64,000 nucleotides of DNA from contig NC_058368.1 in NCBI RefSeq assembly GCF_018350175.1, positions 101,000,001 to 101,064,000 on the forward strand, given 5' to 3'. Source of the DNA: Felis catus (taxonomy: Eukaryota). Both the position numbers and the translations under genes were made by a program. The notes under the pieces are model-generated. The model was given only the letters and a program-made list of their open reading frames with translations. It searched no databases and was not told the DNA's origin. This document shows positions 1 through 13,219 of the stretch, in pieces. Positions within the stretch are counted from its first letter, which is position 1. Each line of letters opens with the position of its first letter.

Positions 1-2368
1 GAAGTATTAATCATTTTCTTACAAGCCTCAGCAGAGTTTAGGAGGTATTGCCACCATGTAACTGAATGCTTAACGGACCCACCCTCTTCCCCCAATGCTA
101 CTTTCTTTACAACTGTAAATCCTGAAATCCACATTGGTGACTTTTATGAAAAATATTATTTGAGAATTTTCAGCGAACAGTTAACAAAAATGCTCACAAA
201 TTTCTGGAGTTTTCGATGATCCTTTTTTTGCAAGTATATCTTACCTAAAAAAAAAAAAAATGTGATCATCTCTTTGTAGTTACTCTGTTTGGGGAGGCTG
301 AGCAGGATTAATTCCTGTCCTGGTGTTGCAGTGTAAACAGCTTTTTGCCTGTCTTTTGTCATTAATGATCATGCTGTAGATGTAGCCAGTGCATTGTAAG
401 CCAATCTGTCAAGGCAAATAAACAATTCACCTTGTTAAAATTCCCTAAATCTTGCATTAATAAAACCAAACTAACCCCCTGAACACTCAAGAGATGTCTT
501 CCTCCATACTGCGGTGATGGATGGCATGTCTAAAGATCCTGGAAATTAAGTAGTTCAGGTCATTAAAAGTGTCCCACACTTGTTATTGATTTAATTTATT
601 TTAAAAGGTGGGGGTGGAGATAAGAGTGTTACCCCCCCCCCCATTTTTTTTTTTAATCTGAAAGCTACCACTTGTACACATAATTAAAACTATTGCCTGG
701 GTTACCAGCTCTGTATTTGTTACAACATTAAGCTTTATTATTCAGATAGGTATTGTATCATCCTGTTAAACAGATATCTAGAAACGAGGAAATGATCACT
801 GCAACTTGACGGCAGACATTCCTGGGAGCTTCATATATATGATGATTTTTACAGCCTTTGAGTTCCAGGCACTGAAATAATGACCTTAGAGGCACTCCCA
901 AAATTCCTCGAGTAGATAAAAATTTAGGTGAAGGTCAGTGGAAATAGTAATGAAAGCATGCCCCTGGAAAAGGGATTTTTTTTTTTTCTATTTTGTGTAT
1001 TGCTTTGTTTTCCTGCCTCTTTACTTACTGTCCTTAAGCCTCAGTGGGTATCGCCGGCTATGTAAGGAATAGGAAGAGACCAAGGCAGAGCTGGATTTCC
1101 AGATGAGTCTTCTCCAGCAACTGAAAAGCAGGAAGGTTGAGCCACTAGCATAGTGCAGAGGTCAGCCTATGTTGTTCATTCCATTTCTATGTCCTGAACT
1201 GGGCAACTGTCTGCAAACTGTACTAGAAATACAACCACTCGGTGCGTAAATTATGACTAAAAGCAACAGATTATGTTGAGCTAGGTATTTTATATATACA
1301 TCATTTGGCCTTTTTGTCATTGGAGCCTTATGCATCACGCTGCACAGCTGTACCTGATCAGCCGTGTGAGTGATACTTGACCATCACTTCTCACTGTCCT
1401 GTAAACCACACATGCTTATTGGGGTGTGGGGAGGAGAGCCGTGATACAATATGAAAAGGACCCTTGAAGAGAATTCTGTTACTTTCAGAGATTATTGTAC
1501 AGTCTTTGATGCTTTCTCCATGGTCTTTGAAAACAAAAACAAAACAAAGGTGCGGGAGGGGCAGATGTGCAATCGGTTCACACACCATGGTTCTCTTTGT
1601 AAAAAATAGGTACCCATGAAAATGCACTCTCTAGTTCTCCATTAGATTTCTCCTTGCACTTGCATAATTCGGATAGCCGAGAACTGACATGGTTCTGCCA
1701 TTACGCCACGTCTTTAGCAGCGTTCCCTAAATGGAAGAACAGTATAGATTTTTTTTTTTTTTAGTATATATGCTGATTTACACTTAGTGGTAAAGTTGTT
1801 ACTGACCCTTTAAGTGGAGCTGTCCACAGAGCAATTAATGTCACTTAATCCTAATGCCCAAAGAGGTGAGAGCTGAGGGATCTTGTCTCAATCTTCCAGT
1901 TAGCAAAGCCATATGTAATATTTCCTAAACAATAGCAATCTCTTATAGACACACACACAGCCCAGACCACCTTATCACTCAGTAAGGAAAATTTGATGTA
2001 CATATCTTAGCAGTATTATTGACATACCCAGGTTTTTAAAATACTCTGATTGGAACCTCCATGAAGGCAAGAACTACATCTGCCTGGTCGCCCACTGACT
2101 TGCGCCCTTGTCAGCACCTGACATGCAGTAGATGTTCCGTAAATGCCGACTGGGTGAGAGAATAGATGAAATGGACTATTTGCTGGCACTGAACAGCATG
2201 CGTGGCTCCTGAATTCTTAGTGGGTAAGATGGGGACCACTCCCCATACAGAGTGTGAAGAATGATACTGCTAAGAACGTAGATGGGTGCTCATGATGTTT
2301 GGAAGTAGTTCGTTGGATAGATCGCCTAGCAAATTTCACTCTCTCCGTTCTGTTTTCTACTTTTGCAG

Positions 2369-2463
2369 GCTGTCATTTTAGAAAATGAAGAGCTCCCCAA
2401 GCTGTTCCTTGATTTCCTAAATGTGCGACACTTGCCCTCTCTACCAAAGGCAGAAAGTTGTGG
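2369..2463 (+). CDS. SNX24: SNX24 internal coding exon (end of PX domain), AVILENEELPKLFLDFLNVRHLPSLPKAESC-G; upstream exons lie outside the window
   Basis: ttttgcag| acceptor, |gtaagg donor, 95 nt, phase 0 to 2; peptide matches mammalian SNX24 as I recall it. Confidence 0.95.
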
Positions 2464-3800
2464 GTAAGGATTGTTGTTCACCCATTGGACATGTATTTGA
2501 AACTATTCTGCAGTCACTTGTTGGCCTAACCAAGAACCCCATTGGTACTGGAAAGGGCCAGCCTGGCCACACCCCTTCTCTCTGCCGGGACAGCGCTCAC
2601 GCGCCCCCTGCCTGTAGTCAAAGGAATTCCTCGTCAGCCCTCATCACTATATTGTGGCCAAATGACCAAGGCTTAGTAACTCAGCTTTAGACTTAAGGAA
2701 TTGACTTTTTAAGTTCTGCTGCTTCATGGAGTGATGTTACAAGACGGGAGTTATGAACTTAGATAGCCTGTTGAGAGACTCCTATATTTATTTGTGGATA
2801 CTTCAGCTAGGTCTATATCCCCGTACACATACAGTCACATAATCATAAAGCTGAGAAGGACCTTAAGATGATTTTACCCAACTGCCTTATTGTAGAGGCA
2901 CAGAATTAAGCATCTTTCCCACAATCTCTCACCTTGTAGTTGGTAGAGCCCAGGCCTTCCTGTGTGAACTCTCTCTGCTGCCCTGCTGCCTCTCTCGCAG
3001 AACCTTTTCCTCAGGGGCTGCAGACCCCCGTCTTTGTCTTCCAAGGAACCAAACATTGGATACCCTCAGCACTTGGGAAGGTGTTCTTCTGCAGAATTAA
3101 CTCTGAGACAAGCTCCTCACCCAGCTCCGGGCCCCTGTCGTGCGTGAAGCTTGTTGCCGAAAGCAGTTAGCAACACCCCTGACCAATTAAATCCATTTAC
3201 GAAGAAACACATCATCACAAAGTCTCTGGGAGCCCAAGCGGAGGAAAGGGTTGTATTCATTCGAACTACAAGATTCCAGCTGACCACACCCAAAGTCGTG
3301 TTACACCCCAGCCGTCCGCGGGACGAGACGCTGCAGACACTAGACCCCTCGCTGGCAGTGTTTGCTCAGGGCCACCTTCCACTCACCCCAGAGCGAGAAT
3401 TACACACACGCTGCTCACCAAATAGCAGGCGTTGTCAGTGTGCCCTGTTCTGACTTGCGTGTACTTGCTATGAGGTGGGGGTTTATAGAGGGATGTTTTT
3501 AAGAAGAAATGTGGGGAATGACAGAGTGAAATCCTTTCTCCCTTATACAAGTCTGAAAGTAAAACCATCAGGTTTTTAAGTGATCGTCAGGAAGATTGAC
3601 GTTCGAGAATATCGTGCTCATAAGATTCCTTAGAAGGAGGCGTCAGTCATGCTGTGACTCTGGGAAAACCCCTTTCTTTTCAAAATGTTTCCCATTTCGG
3701 AGCTCTAGGATTGCTGGCTGGTTTTTTTTGCCTTGGTTGGCGTAAATAGTCACCCAACTTATATGGTCTTTTTTCTCTCCTCTTTTAAAAAAATTTTTAG

Positions 3801-3833
3801 ATCGTTTGATGAGACAGAATCTGAAGAATCAAG
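3801..3833 (+). CDS. SNX24: SNX24 33-nt coding exon, (G)SFDETESEES(S)
   Basis: tttttag| acceptor, |gtaaga donor, phase 2 to 2; continues the frame of the previous exon. Confidence 0.93.
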
Positions 3834-4367
3834 GTAAGAACTAATACTGGCCAGTCAAGACTTACATAAAACCAGGAATAGGACTGTGGTTTTGTGAAAT
3901 GTTTAGTTAACCCTGGTGTAAGGGTATCAAGTCATGATCTTCTTGAAAACGTTTGTTAGCAAATTGATTTTCAGATTATAAATCTTTGATAGAAAGTTAG
4001 AGAAGTAAACAGTTATATCCAGGAGGGAAGCCATAGGAGCCCTGCTTTGTTTTGTGCAAGTAATAAGAATACTCTTTTATCAATAATTGTGCTACGAGAT
4101 TAAAAAAGACGACGGCGACGCTTTTCAGCAGTGATTTATCGTATAGATTGTAGATCTGCTTCAGATTCCACAAAGAAATGTTTAGAAGGTGAGCGCCCGG
4201 CTTGTTTATTCCCTGTAACTCGGCTTGCTATCCTTCACCCACGCGGTTAGATACATAAACCTTGAGATGTCCCCACACAGCAGTTTGATCCCCTCAAAGC
4301 TAGTTTGTAGTGTTTTCTGTTTACCGTCGTCCCCTGATGCTGACATGCCTGTTCTTGACCTTTCCAG

Positions 4368-4432
4368 CAAACTGTCCCACCAGCCGGTGCTACTGTTCCT
4401 CAGGGATCCATACGTCTTGCCTGCAGCCAGCG
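4368..4432 (+). CDS. SNX24: SNX24 penultimate coding exon, (S)KLSHQPVLLFLRDPYVLPAAS
   Basis: tttccag| acceptor, |gtaatc donor, 65 nt, phase 2 to 1. Confidence 0.94.
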
Positions 4433-4470
4433 GTAATCAAACCTGTCATCTGCTAACAGCTCTTTACTGA
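4433..4470 (+). CDS. SNX24: Candidate alternative SNX24 C-terminus by read-through of the donor: GNQTCHLLTALY-stop
   Basis: Frame stays open to TGA 4468-4470; AATAAA at 4550-4555. Confidence 0.5.
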
Positions 4471-5571
4471 TCTGACCCTGCACCACATAAACCACGTTTT
4501 TAATACAGGTCTAACAGAGTGACATTGGTCCAGGGCTTAATAATCTGCCAATAAAACAGTGCTCTTGGTGTAAGAGACATTCAGAATTTTAATTGGGGCA
4601 GGGCTTTCGGCAAGAAATGTAATTTTTCTTTCTACTTTACCAGGCGATTTTGAATTAGAGTAATAAGGAGGAAAGGTATTTATCGTCTTTCCATTTTTTT
4701 TTTTTTTGATGATGTTATTTGGGTCTCTGCATGTTTTTATCCAGATGCTGAGGTTTGATTCCAAGGCTCTGGTTCTTTTTTATTTAAATGCTTTTTCCCA
4801 AAAGCTGTCTGCATATATCACATGTGTATCTCTACTTCCGTTTCATTTATGGCATCTTAGGTGATGGGATGTATATTTTTAGAAGATATATACTTAAATA
4901 TAATGAATTAATTTAAGCATAAATATAATCAATATTTTAGTTGGGTCCTTTCTTTGTGCCAAGAAATTTAAATTATTCAGAGTCCCTCTCAAAATGTTCC
5001 CTTGCCCAGCTCTTGGTGAGTACATTCTCAGACATTATCTCATTGCATTTTTTTTTAACAGCCTTATGAACTAGGCAGGGCAGGTATCATCACTGGTTAA
5101 TGAGAGAATCGGGGCTCAAGGAGGTCCCTGACTTGCCCAGTCTCCATAGTTGATGGGCAGACCCCTGGTGCCTGATTTCTTCTTGTGTGCTCTGTGCACA
5201 GAGTGAATTTTCAGCCTTTGTTTCTGAGAGTAACTAAATAGCATGGCAGCTAAACAGCAGTAGATAAATTATCTGTTGAAACCATTCCTACATTCTGACA
5301 ATAAAACCTTATCACCAGCAAGAGAGAAAGGACCGTTCTGTAGCCGCAGTCCATGCACTGAGATCCCTGATTTAGCTGTCAGTTCAAAGAAGGCTGGCAG
5401 GACACAGCCCGGCTCTGGCGAGGGTCCATTCTTAACACCCTGATCAGAGGGAGCTTCCTTTGCTATATAAGAGTATAGTCTCATAGTATTTTTCCTATAA
5501 AATCCTTTTCAGTGAGGAATACTTAATCACTTTTCTCTAGCGTTTGCTTCTGTGTTTAAAAAATACACATT

Positions 5572-5800
5572 AGGGGCCCCTGGGTGACTCAGTCAGTTAA
5601 GCGTCCGACTTTGGTTCAGGTCGTGATCTCACGGTTTGTGGGTTCGAGCCCCGCATCGGGTTCTGTGCTGACAGCTCGGAGCCTGGAGCCTGCTTCAGAT
5701 CTGTGTCTCCCTCTCTCTCTGCCTTTTCCTGCTCATGCTCATGCTCATGCTCATGCTCATGCTCTGTCTCTCTCTCTCTCTCTCTCAAAAATAAATACTG
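5572..5800 (+). mobile_element. Can-SINE (SINEC_Fc type) with an internal (GCTCAT)n expansion
   Basis: GGGGC.CCTGGGTG.CTCAG head, GGTTCGAGCCC B box, CT tract, A tail. Confidence 0.9.
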
Positions 5801-6398
5801 AAATTTTTTGAATAAAAACAACCCCACTGTTCCATTCACTTCGATTAGCGTCCTGCCCGTTTGCTTCCTTTATAGTAGTGATCGCATACTTTATTCCCTT
5901 CTTTTTCTCTTTCGTGTTTACCTGCTAATCTCCAGCATCTAGCAAATGCTCACCACTCGCTGGACAGTAAATACAGCACCTTGACCTGTGCTGTTCCCTC
6001 TGCTGGGAATGCCCTTCACCCAGACAAGGTGTGCACCCTGGCACCTGTGAGGACAGCTGGCTGCTGCACCCTCGTTCACACGGCACCTGCTCACAGAGGT
6101 CTTTCCTCACCTTCCCATCCTGTTGCCCTCAAGCCCCGTGCCCTGTTTCATTTTCCCCCTTTGCCTTTAAGCCACTGCTGGACCTGTCCAGGTGGTGCAG
6201 AATTTCTCTGAGTAATTCATGGTATTGTCCTTTTTGCCAAGCTTATTTACTTAAATCCATACGAAATATGCTGATGATGTAAATCACTAACCTTCAAATA
6301 GACTTTTATATTTGGGGCGGTAAAGGATAAATGCCTATATGCTAACAATGCATGTTCATATATGCTGTTTGGGCATCTAATTAAAAATTGATCATTAT

Positions 6399-6605
6399 GG
6401 GGCGCCTACGTGGCTCAGTCTGTTAAGCATCTGACTTTGGCTCAGGTCATGATCTCACGGTCCATGAGTTCGAGCCCCGCATCAGGCTCTGTGCTGACAG
6501 CTCAGAGCCTGGAGCCTGCTTCAGATTGTGGGTCTTCCTCTCTTTGTTTCTTCCCCACTTGTATTCTGTTTCTCTGTCTCTTTCAAAAATAAAGAATTTT
6601 TAAAA
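6399..6605 (+). mobile_element. Can-SINE
   Basis: tRNA-derived head, CT tract, A tail. Confidence 0.9.
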
Positions 6606-6877
6606 AATTTTTTAAGAAAATTGATCAATATTTCATTTATGGCTCTTGGTTTCAGTATACCTCTGTGAGGGAGAAAAACTTTTAGAACTAAAATGCACTT
6701 AGCAAAATCATGGTTTCTGATTGAGATCAACATATATAGGCTTAAGTTCTGTTGCAGATTATGAAAGATATGTTTTATGGAAAATTATGTTAACTTCATG
6801 TTGGATAAGAGCAAACAATAAGACATCAAGTGTCATCGCCCAAAGGTGATTGAATGAATGCTCATGTACTGGAGACA

Positions 6878-7081
6878 TTTTTTTTTAAGTTAGTTTATTT
6901 ATTTTGAGAGAAAGAGAGCACAAGCAGGGGAGGAACAGAAAGAGAGAGCGAGAATCCCCAGCAGGCTGTACTCTGTCAGCACAGAGCCAGACGCAGGGCT
7001 AGATCTCACAAACCATGAGATCATGACCTGAGCCAAGATCAAGAGCCGAATGCTTAACCGACTGAGCCACCCAGGCACCCC
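6878..7081 (-). mobile_element. Can-SINE
   Basis: Reverse SINE; TSD-like tggaga(c/t)att on both sides. Confidence 0.88.
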
Positions 7082-7527
7082 TTGGAGATATTCTTAAAAC
7101 CTATTTTGTCTGTGTATTCATTTGCTTGCCTCCCTGACTAGCGTAGAAGTTCTGTGGCATGGGCAGGGACTGCTATTTACTTAGATCCCCGGTAATTAGC
7201 GCTTGGTACTGATGGTAGCTGGTACTTCACCGTGTGCCCAGGTCGGGTTCAAGTGCTTTGTTTCTCCCACCAGTTTCTACAACAGCCTATCAGGTAGGTA
7301 CTATTATGAAGTCCCTCGCTCGTCATGTGGAACTCGTCACCTCTTTGACTGTGTTCCTGTCTACTCTCAATGGCAGCCAGGGTCATCTTTGCAAAACACA
7401 ATTCATTTCCTTCTCCCTCTGCTTAAATTCCTTCAGGAGCTTCCCGTTGCTTTTCAGATGAAGCCACTGTTCCTGTGCTTGAGTTGGCCTTCCTGCCCCC
7501 AGGCCTCTCCCTCATTCCCTTTTCTTC

Positions 7528-7752
7528 TTTTTTGTTTCTTTTTTAAGGATTATTTATTTTTGAGAGAGAGAGGGAAAGAGAGAGACGGCGTGAGGGAGGG
7601 AGGGGGACAGAGGATCCGAAGCAGGCTCTGTGTTGACAGCAGTGAGCAGCACAATGTGAGGCTCGAACCCACAAACCATGAGATCATGACCTGAGCGGAA
7701 ATCAGGAGTCAGACGCTTAACCTGCTTAACCGACTGAGCCACCCAGGCATCC
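7528..7752 (-). mobile_element. Can-SINE
   Basis: Reverse SINE; TSD ctcattcccttttc on both sides. Confidence 0.9.
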
Positions 7753-8724
7753 CTCATTCCCTTTTCCACCCTGGCCCCCATTTCAGTCTTTGATCCTTCC
7801 TGGGTCCCTCCTGCCACAGACGTGCCACATGGCTAGCTCCTCTGCCTAGTCCACTCCTCCGAGAACATTTCTGCCCTGCCTTGCGAGTGCTTTTACAGGG
7901 TAGGAACTCTCTAGAGGTTGGATTACTACGTGAACAGTGTTTGTCGTAAAGTTTTTGTCTTAAAGTATTGGACCAGCTAATTTCCTCACATAATAACTGT
8001 ATTATTTAAAGTGGGTGGCTTAGCATAGATTCTGGGTATAATCATGTGCAGCTTGAAGTTTAGAAATTGAACCTCTGAGCCGTGTGATGGATAGGTCCCC
8101 CTGTGCAGCTTACTATTCGTATTCTCCCTGCTCCGATCACATCCATACACCTCTGGGTTTCCTTTGTATCTCCTCTAAAAACGTGGCTGGTTTTTCAAGT
8201 TTGACAAGATGGTTTTTGTCGGAAATGTGCCCTTTTAAGCTTCGAAGACGGCCCCCCAATGTTACTGCTCCTTGGAAGCTCACGTAACAGCACGATCATC
8301 CTCGAGACAACTTGGACTAAACGCTCCTGTAAACCACAATGGAAAAACTGCAGCCGAGTATTCCCTGTAGAAATCTTGGAATTCCTTCAAGTATATTGAG
8401 ATTTTGTTAGAAATTGAATTGCCAGTGTAATCCATCTTCCTTGTGAGAAAACATTCAGATAAAGAGCTGGGGCCTAGCAGCATTAACCATTAGAACATCC
8501 CTTAAATCAATAAGCTACAAATCTGGCCGTGCATTCCTGCAGCGCCTGGCCCTGCACTAAAGTGGCTTTAGGCCAAGGCACCGTGACAGATAACGCATCC
8601 TAAACAAGGTGGTGCGGATCCCTAAGTTACCGTGGGCCTCACCTCGTTAAATTCTACCAAACGCAATTGTATTTCATATTTCGCTGATGTGCTTAAGAAA
8701 AGCTGTGTTCCTTTTGTTTTTCAG

Positions 8725-8792
8725 ATTTTCCAAATGTGGTTATTGAAGGAGTTCTCCACGGGATATTTTACCCTCATCTGCAGCCCAGGTAG
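8725..8792 (+). CDS. SNX24: SNX24 last coding exon, (D)FPNVVIEGVLHGIFYPHLQPR-stop
   Basis: ttttgtttttcag| acceptor, phase 1 matches the preceding exon, TAG at 8790-8792. Confidence 0.95.
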
Positions 8793-10068
8793 AAATCCTA
8801 CATGGCTGTTAGGAGCTGAAGCAGGTCTCACGGAAATCGATACCTACCAAATTAACCTAAACTCTATGACATAACGGCTCTAGCTAGTGGTAAAATTCAC
8901 AGTCCCAGCTTAATTCGGGGCAGGGACATTTCCATTAGAATGGTGCTTTTAAAAATAGAAACTGAACCCCGGGCGGTGCTGAGGTTAAGGCCGAGCATTT
9001 GAGAAGGAGAAGGTAGCTGCCAATTTCGAACCTGGTGAGAAGGTTGTAGAATGTCCCTGTGAGCACCGAGCATAACAAAGCGAAGGTACTCTCTGCTTTC
9101 GTTGCACCACTTGCTAACTGAACATCTTATCCTGAAACATACAGAGACTCATCTACTTTGGTAACTTTTTGTCGTTGTTGTTCAGATGTCGTGACACACT
9201 AATCTTTTCATCATGAGATTTTCTCAGTCAGCGATAGGTGTATTCTGAAGTGCCCGCACCGGGAGAATATCACAGAAACATGCTGTGCTAAATGTGAGGA
9301 TGGAACTAAACTGGAAATTATATTTCGCTGTCGATGTTAGGGCATTTTTAAAAAACCACGTCATTTCTATTTACATTGCAGTAGGGTTGCATCTTACCTA
9401 GGAATTAGCTTCTGGGGTCAGTACCTAAAATAAGATGGAACATCGAGATCATCCTCGACTGCCCTTCAGAAAGGCGCCATCAATAAACTCCGTACATCCA
9501 ACACATCCAGGTTTTCTGCCAATGTTGGAAGAAATGACCGTTTCTTCCGTTGAAGACCAATGGGAGTTGGTGTTTGTTTGGGACACTTTTGTATAAAACC
9601 GCATACCTTTCCACACTAGAATCGTACTTAGCCCTGCAAGATGCTTGCTTTCCGAGAGACAGATGTGAACTGACTTGCCTGAGGAGACACCAGAGTGACA
9701 AGCCTCATTTTGATTTCCTCACGGTTCTTCGGCACTCATCGAGGTCTACTCGTTCATTAAATGAGTAGAATTGCCACCGGATTAATTGTTATTTTCCTTA
9801 TCGTTTCCTTGTTACCTCCTCTATGGAGTTTATGTAAGTTAAATGTGTGTATCATCTAACGCCACTCTACATCTCACACAAGTTCATATTTTGAGGAGTA
9901 CGAGCATAAAAACATATATGCAAACAATGTATGTGCTCTATTCAGGCATTTCATTGAAAACTCATAGCTAGCCTATTTATGGTTATTAATTTTACTAAGC
10001 TGCTTTGTGGGAGAAAACCCACAAATTTGGATTCAAGACCAATAACTGAATCATGGTTTTTGGTTAGG

Positions 10069-10085
10069 ATATATATATGTGTGTG

Positions 10086-10128
<43 letters not shown>

Positions 10129-10141
10129 TATATATATATAT
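10069..10141. repeat. (TA)n compound microsatellite in the SNX24 3' UTR
   Basis: Directly visible. Confidence 0.95.
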
Positions 10142-10309
10142 GTTTCAAGCCTGCTGCAGACTTTTAGAGATACATTTATGATAGCTATGTGACTTCATGC
10201 TGGAAACACGCAAGGACTAAATAATCAAGTGTCAAGAACCGAAAATAACTGAATGCTCAAGTGTTGGGAGATATTTTTTAAATGTTTCATTGTTAGCTAT
10301 TTTGAGTTA

Positions 10310-10315
10310 AATAAA
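10310..10315 (+). terminator. Likely SNX24 polyadenylation signal AATAAA (a more proximal AATAAA is at 9482-9487)
   Basis: AATAAA ~1.5 kb after the stop, followed by a CA at ~10337 and T-rich sequence; no SINE/LINE seen between stop and signal. Confidence 0.55.
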
Positions 10316-10390
10316 AACAGAGATGAAGAAATATTTCAATTTGTCTTCTCCTAGGATTTTATTGGAAACACCAGTTGTGTCTTATCTCTT

Positions 10391-10393
<3 letters not shown>

Positions 10394-10428
<35 letters not shown>
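10394..10428. repeat. (AC)n microsatellite
   Basis: Directly visible. Confidence 0.95.
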
Positions 10429-10429
<1 letters not shown>

Positions 10430-12074
10430 CTTCTCACATACATACTCACATTTATCTCTAATTGAAGTGTTAAATTACCACATCTATTAAGCCAGTAGGT
10501 ACCCATTAAATAGTTGATGATTTACCAAGATAGTAAGAATTTTTTTTTAATATATAAACCAAGCCCTGTTGGTGGCACACACCTCAGGAAACGTTTTTTG
10601 AGGATTTTTATTTAGTGATGACTTTCATTTTTTATTTAATTTTTAATGTGTAATTTTGTGTTTCATTTCAATTCTGTTATAGGAAATAGAAACCACGGTA
10701 GGTATTTTAAGCAGGATGGAATAGTGAGAAATTGGATGCTCATAGACTCTTTTGGAAGGATGAGGAGAGTGAACTTCTAGTGGATAATCCAGGAATGACT
10801 TCCAGAATCCTCCAGCAACATCTAATACCCACCTGCCAGGGGAGCTACAACCTTTGCCTTAAGCAGGAATTCGGGGAGCCAGGAGGCTGCTCCTGGAGCT
10901 ATTGAGGTCAAAACAAAACAAAAAAAAACTACGCTGTAGCTGTGATCCGGGTATCAGCAAGCAAGATCAGGAGGTCATTGTTACCACTATAACTGCCTCA
11001 TAGCAGGAATCTGGGGACTGGGCCCTGGAACAGAGTGTCCACCTTTGCCACCTGCACTAACATCCCCTCTCAACACCCTTGACTTTGCTTGCCCACAGCT
11101 ACAGCCGGAAGATCGTGTTCACCCACCTCCATTTTCCATCTCATGAAAGCGTATCCAATTGGCAGAACCTTATGATCAATCCCCAGCCTCAAGGGAGTCT
11201 GGGAGGGCTTGGAACTGCCTGGTCCCTGCACTGCAGGAATGGACATTGGAAAGAGGCTGGAATATATTTCCATGGTTGAAAATTTAATAACAACATAAAA
11301 AAGGATATATAAAAAAAAGAAAAATCTCCCACCCCGTCTCCTACATCCCGTCCCCGCCCCCCAAACAACCACTGTGCTTAGTTTATATGTGTAGTTGCAG
11401 AGATTTCAGCCACATACATGTAAAATCATGTTTAGTATACATATTCCATTTCTCCCTTTTTTACAAAACAAGGATTTTCCAAGACATGTATTCATAGACA
11501 ATAGAGCAGTAAAAGAGTAAGGGGAAGAAAAAATAAAAGGAAGGGTAACCACGCTGTCCCTTAAAGCAGGAGCCCAGGACAGCTGTCATCTGCTGTGCTC
11601 TTAGTTCATGCATCTGGTGGTCTGTCTGGGCTGGGTCTCAGATGGTCTCCCAGTGCTTCCTGCGCAGCCTCTCGGGCCTCACCTCCATCATCTGGCCATT
11701 TCCCGACCAGCACCCCTGCTGTCCTCTTTGACCCACCCCACTTTTTCAAACAGCTCTCTATCTCTGCCACCCTGAACACACCAGCCGTCCCTACCTGGTA
11801 AATCCTCAGTTCGCTTTGAAAAGTATAGAAATGTAATCCGCTCAGTTTACAAAAATAAAAATGTCAGTAGAAAACAACCTATGTGAATTGCCAACCATTT
11901 TAAACAAATTTTTTACTTTAAAATTCTAGCCTCCCCAATAAAAATATTTTTTGATTTTAAAGAAGTGTCAAAATCTCATGATCACAGTTTAGAAATAACA
12001 CATGGCTCTCATATCATCTGTCACCTGTGATCAAATGATAATGGCCACTTAATAAGGATTCTGGCACACCCTTT

Positions 12075-12752
12075 AGAGTGACTACTATAAAAAAAAAAGC
12101 AAATAACAACTGTGGGCAAGGATGCGGAGACCTTGAAACCCTTGTACGTTGCTGGCAAGAATGTAAAAGGGCACAGCCTCGGTGGAGAATGGCATGGCAT
12201 TTTTTCAGAAAAGTATACAAAGTGACCATGTGATCTAACCATTCCACTTCCGGGTATAGACCCGAAAGAAGTGAAAGCAGGGACTTGAGCAGATTGTTTA
12301 AACACCCACGTTCTTGCCAAGAGGCGGAAGCAACCCAAGCGTCCATGAATGGATGAATGGAGAAACAAACTGTGGTAGATACATGCAACGGAATATTATT
12401 CAGTCTTGAAAAAGGAAGGAAATTCTGACATGTGCTACAACACGGATGAACCTTGAAGATATGCTAAGTGAAATCGGTCACCAGGGATGACTACTGTGTG
12501 GTTCTCCTTATCTGAGGTACCTAGAATAGTCCAGCTCGTGGAAACAGAAGGTAGAATGGTGGTGGTCAGTGGCTGGGGGGAGGGAGAAATGGGGCATTAA
12601 CGTTCACTGGATTTCAGTTGGGGAAGAGGAGAAAGTTCTGGAGACGGATGGTGGTGAGCGCTGCACAACAGTGTGAATGTGTTTAATACCACTGAACTGT
12701 ACGTTTAAAAATGGTTAAAATGGTAAGTGTTATGCCTATTTTACCGAAAAAA
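12075..12752 (+). mobile_element. Old L1 3' end (L1MB-like)
   Basis: Recognisable ORF2 C-terminal/3' UTR sequence ending atggttaaaatggtaa..tttaccgaaaaa. Confidence 0.8.
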
Positions 12753-12894
12753 TTTTTAAGTTGTTTTTAAAGGATTTTTGAGTAAGGATGTAACAACCAG
12801 TTAATGATATTTGCCAGGGTGCGGAACAGATTTTGGCACACATACTTGGTATTAGTCTCCTATCCCTGACAACCTCAGATTCTAAAATGGTATA

Positions 12895-13110
12895 TATATT
12901 TTTAATTTTTTAATGTTTATTTTTGAGAGACAGAGAGAGCCTGAGCACAAGAGTGGCAGAGAGAAAGGGAGACACAGAATCCCGAACAGTCTCCAGGCTC
13001 TGAGCTGTCAGCACAGAGCACAGTGCGGGGCTTGAACTCACAAACCGTGAGACCGTGACCTGAGCCAAAATCAAGAGTCGCTACTTCACCGACTGAGCCA
13101 CCCAGGCGCC
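12895..13110 (-). mobile_element. Can-SINE
   Basis: Reverse SINE head and tail. Confidence 0.9.
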
Positions 13111-13219
13111 TCGAACTACCTTTCTTTAATGGTTACTGACTTGTATACTTCATGCAGGACCCAGTCTCAGGAGAACATCAGTTTAGCCCTGGGGTGGCAG
13201 GTGGCCATAGGGAGGTACT

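Noticed and set aside
8785..8794. Possible donor CAG|GTAGAA overlapping the SNX24 stop codon
   Set aside because: Weak match; splicing it to 29007 gives a stop within ~10 codons and nothing else supports it
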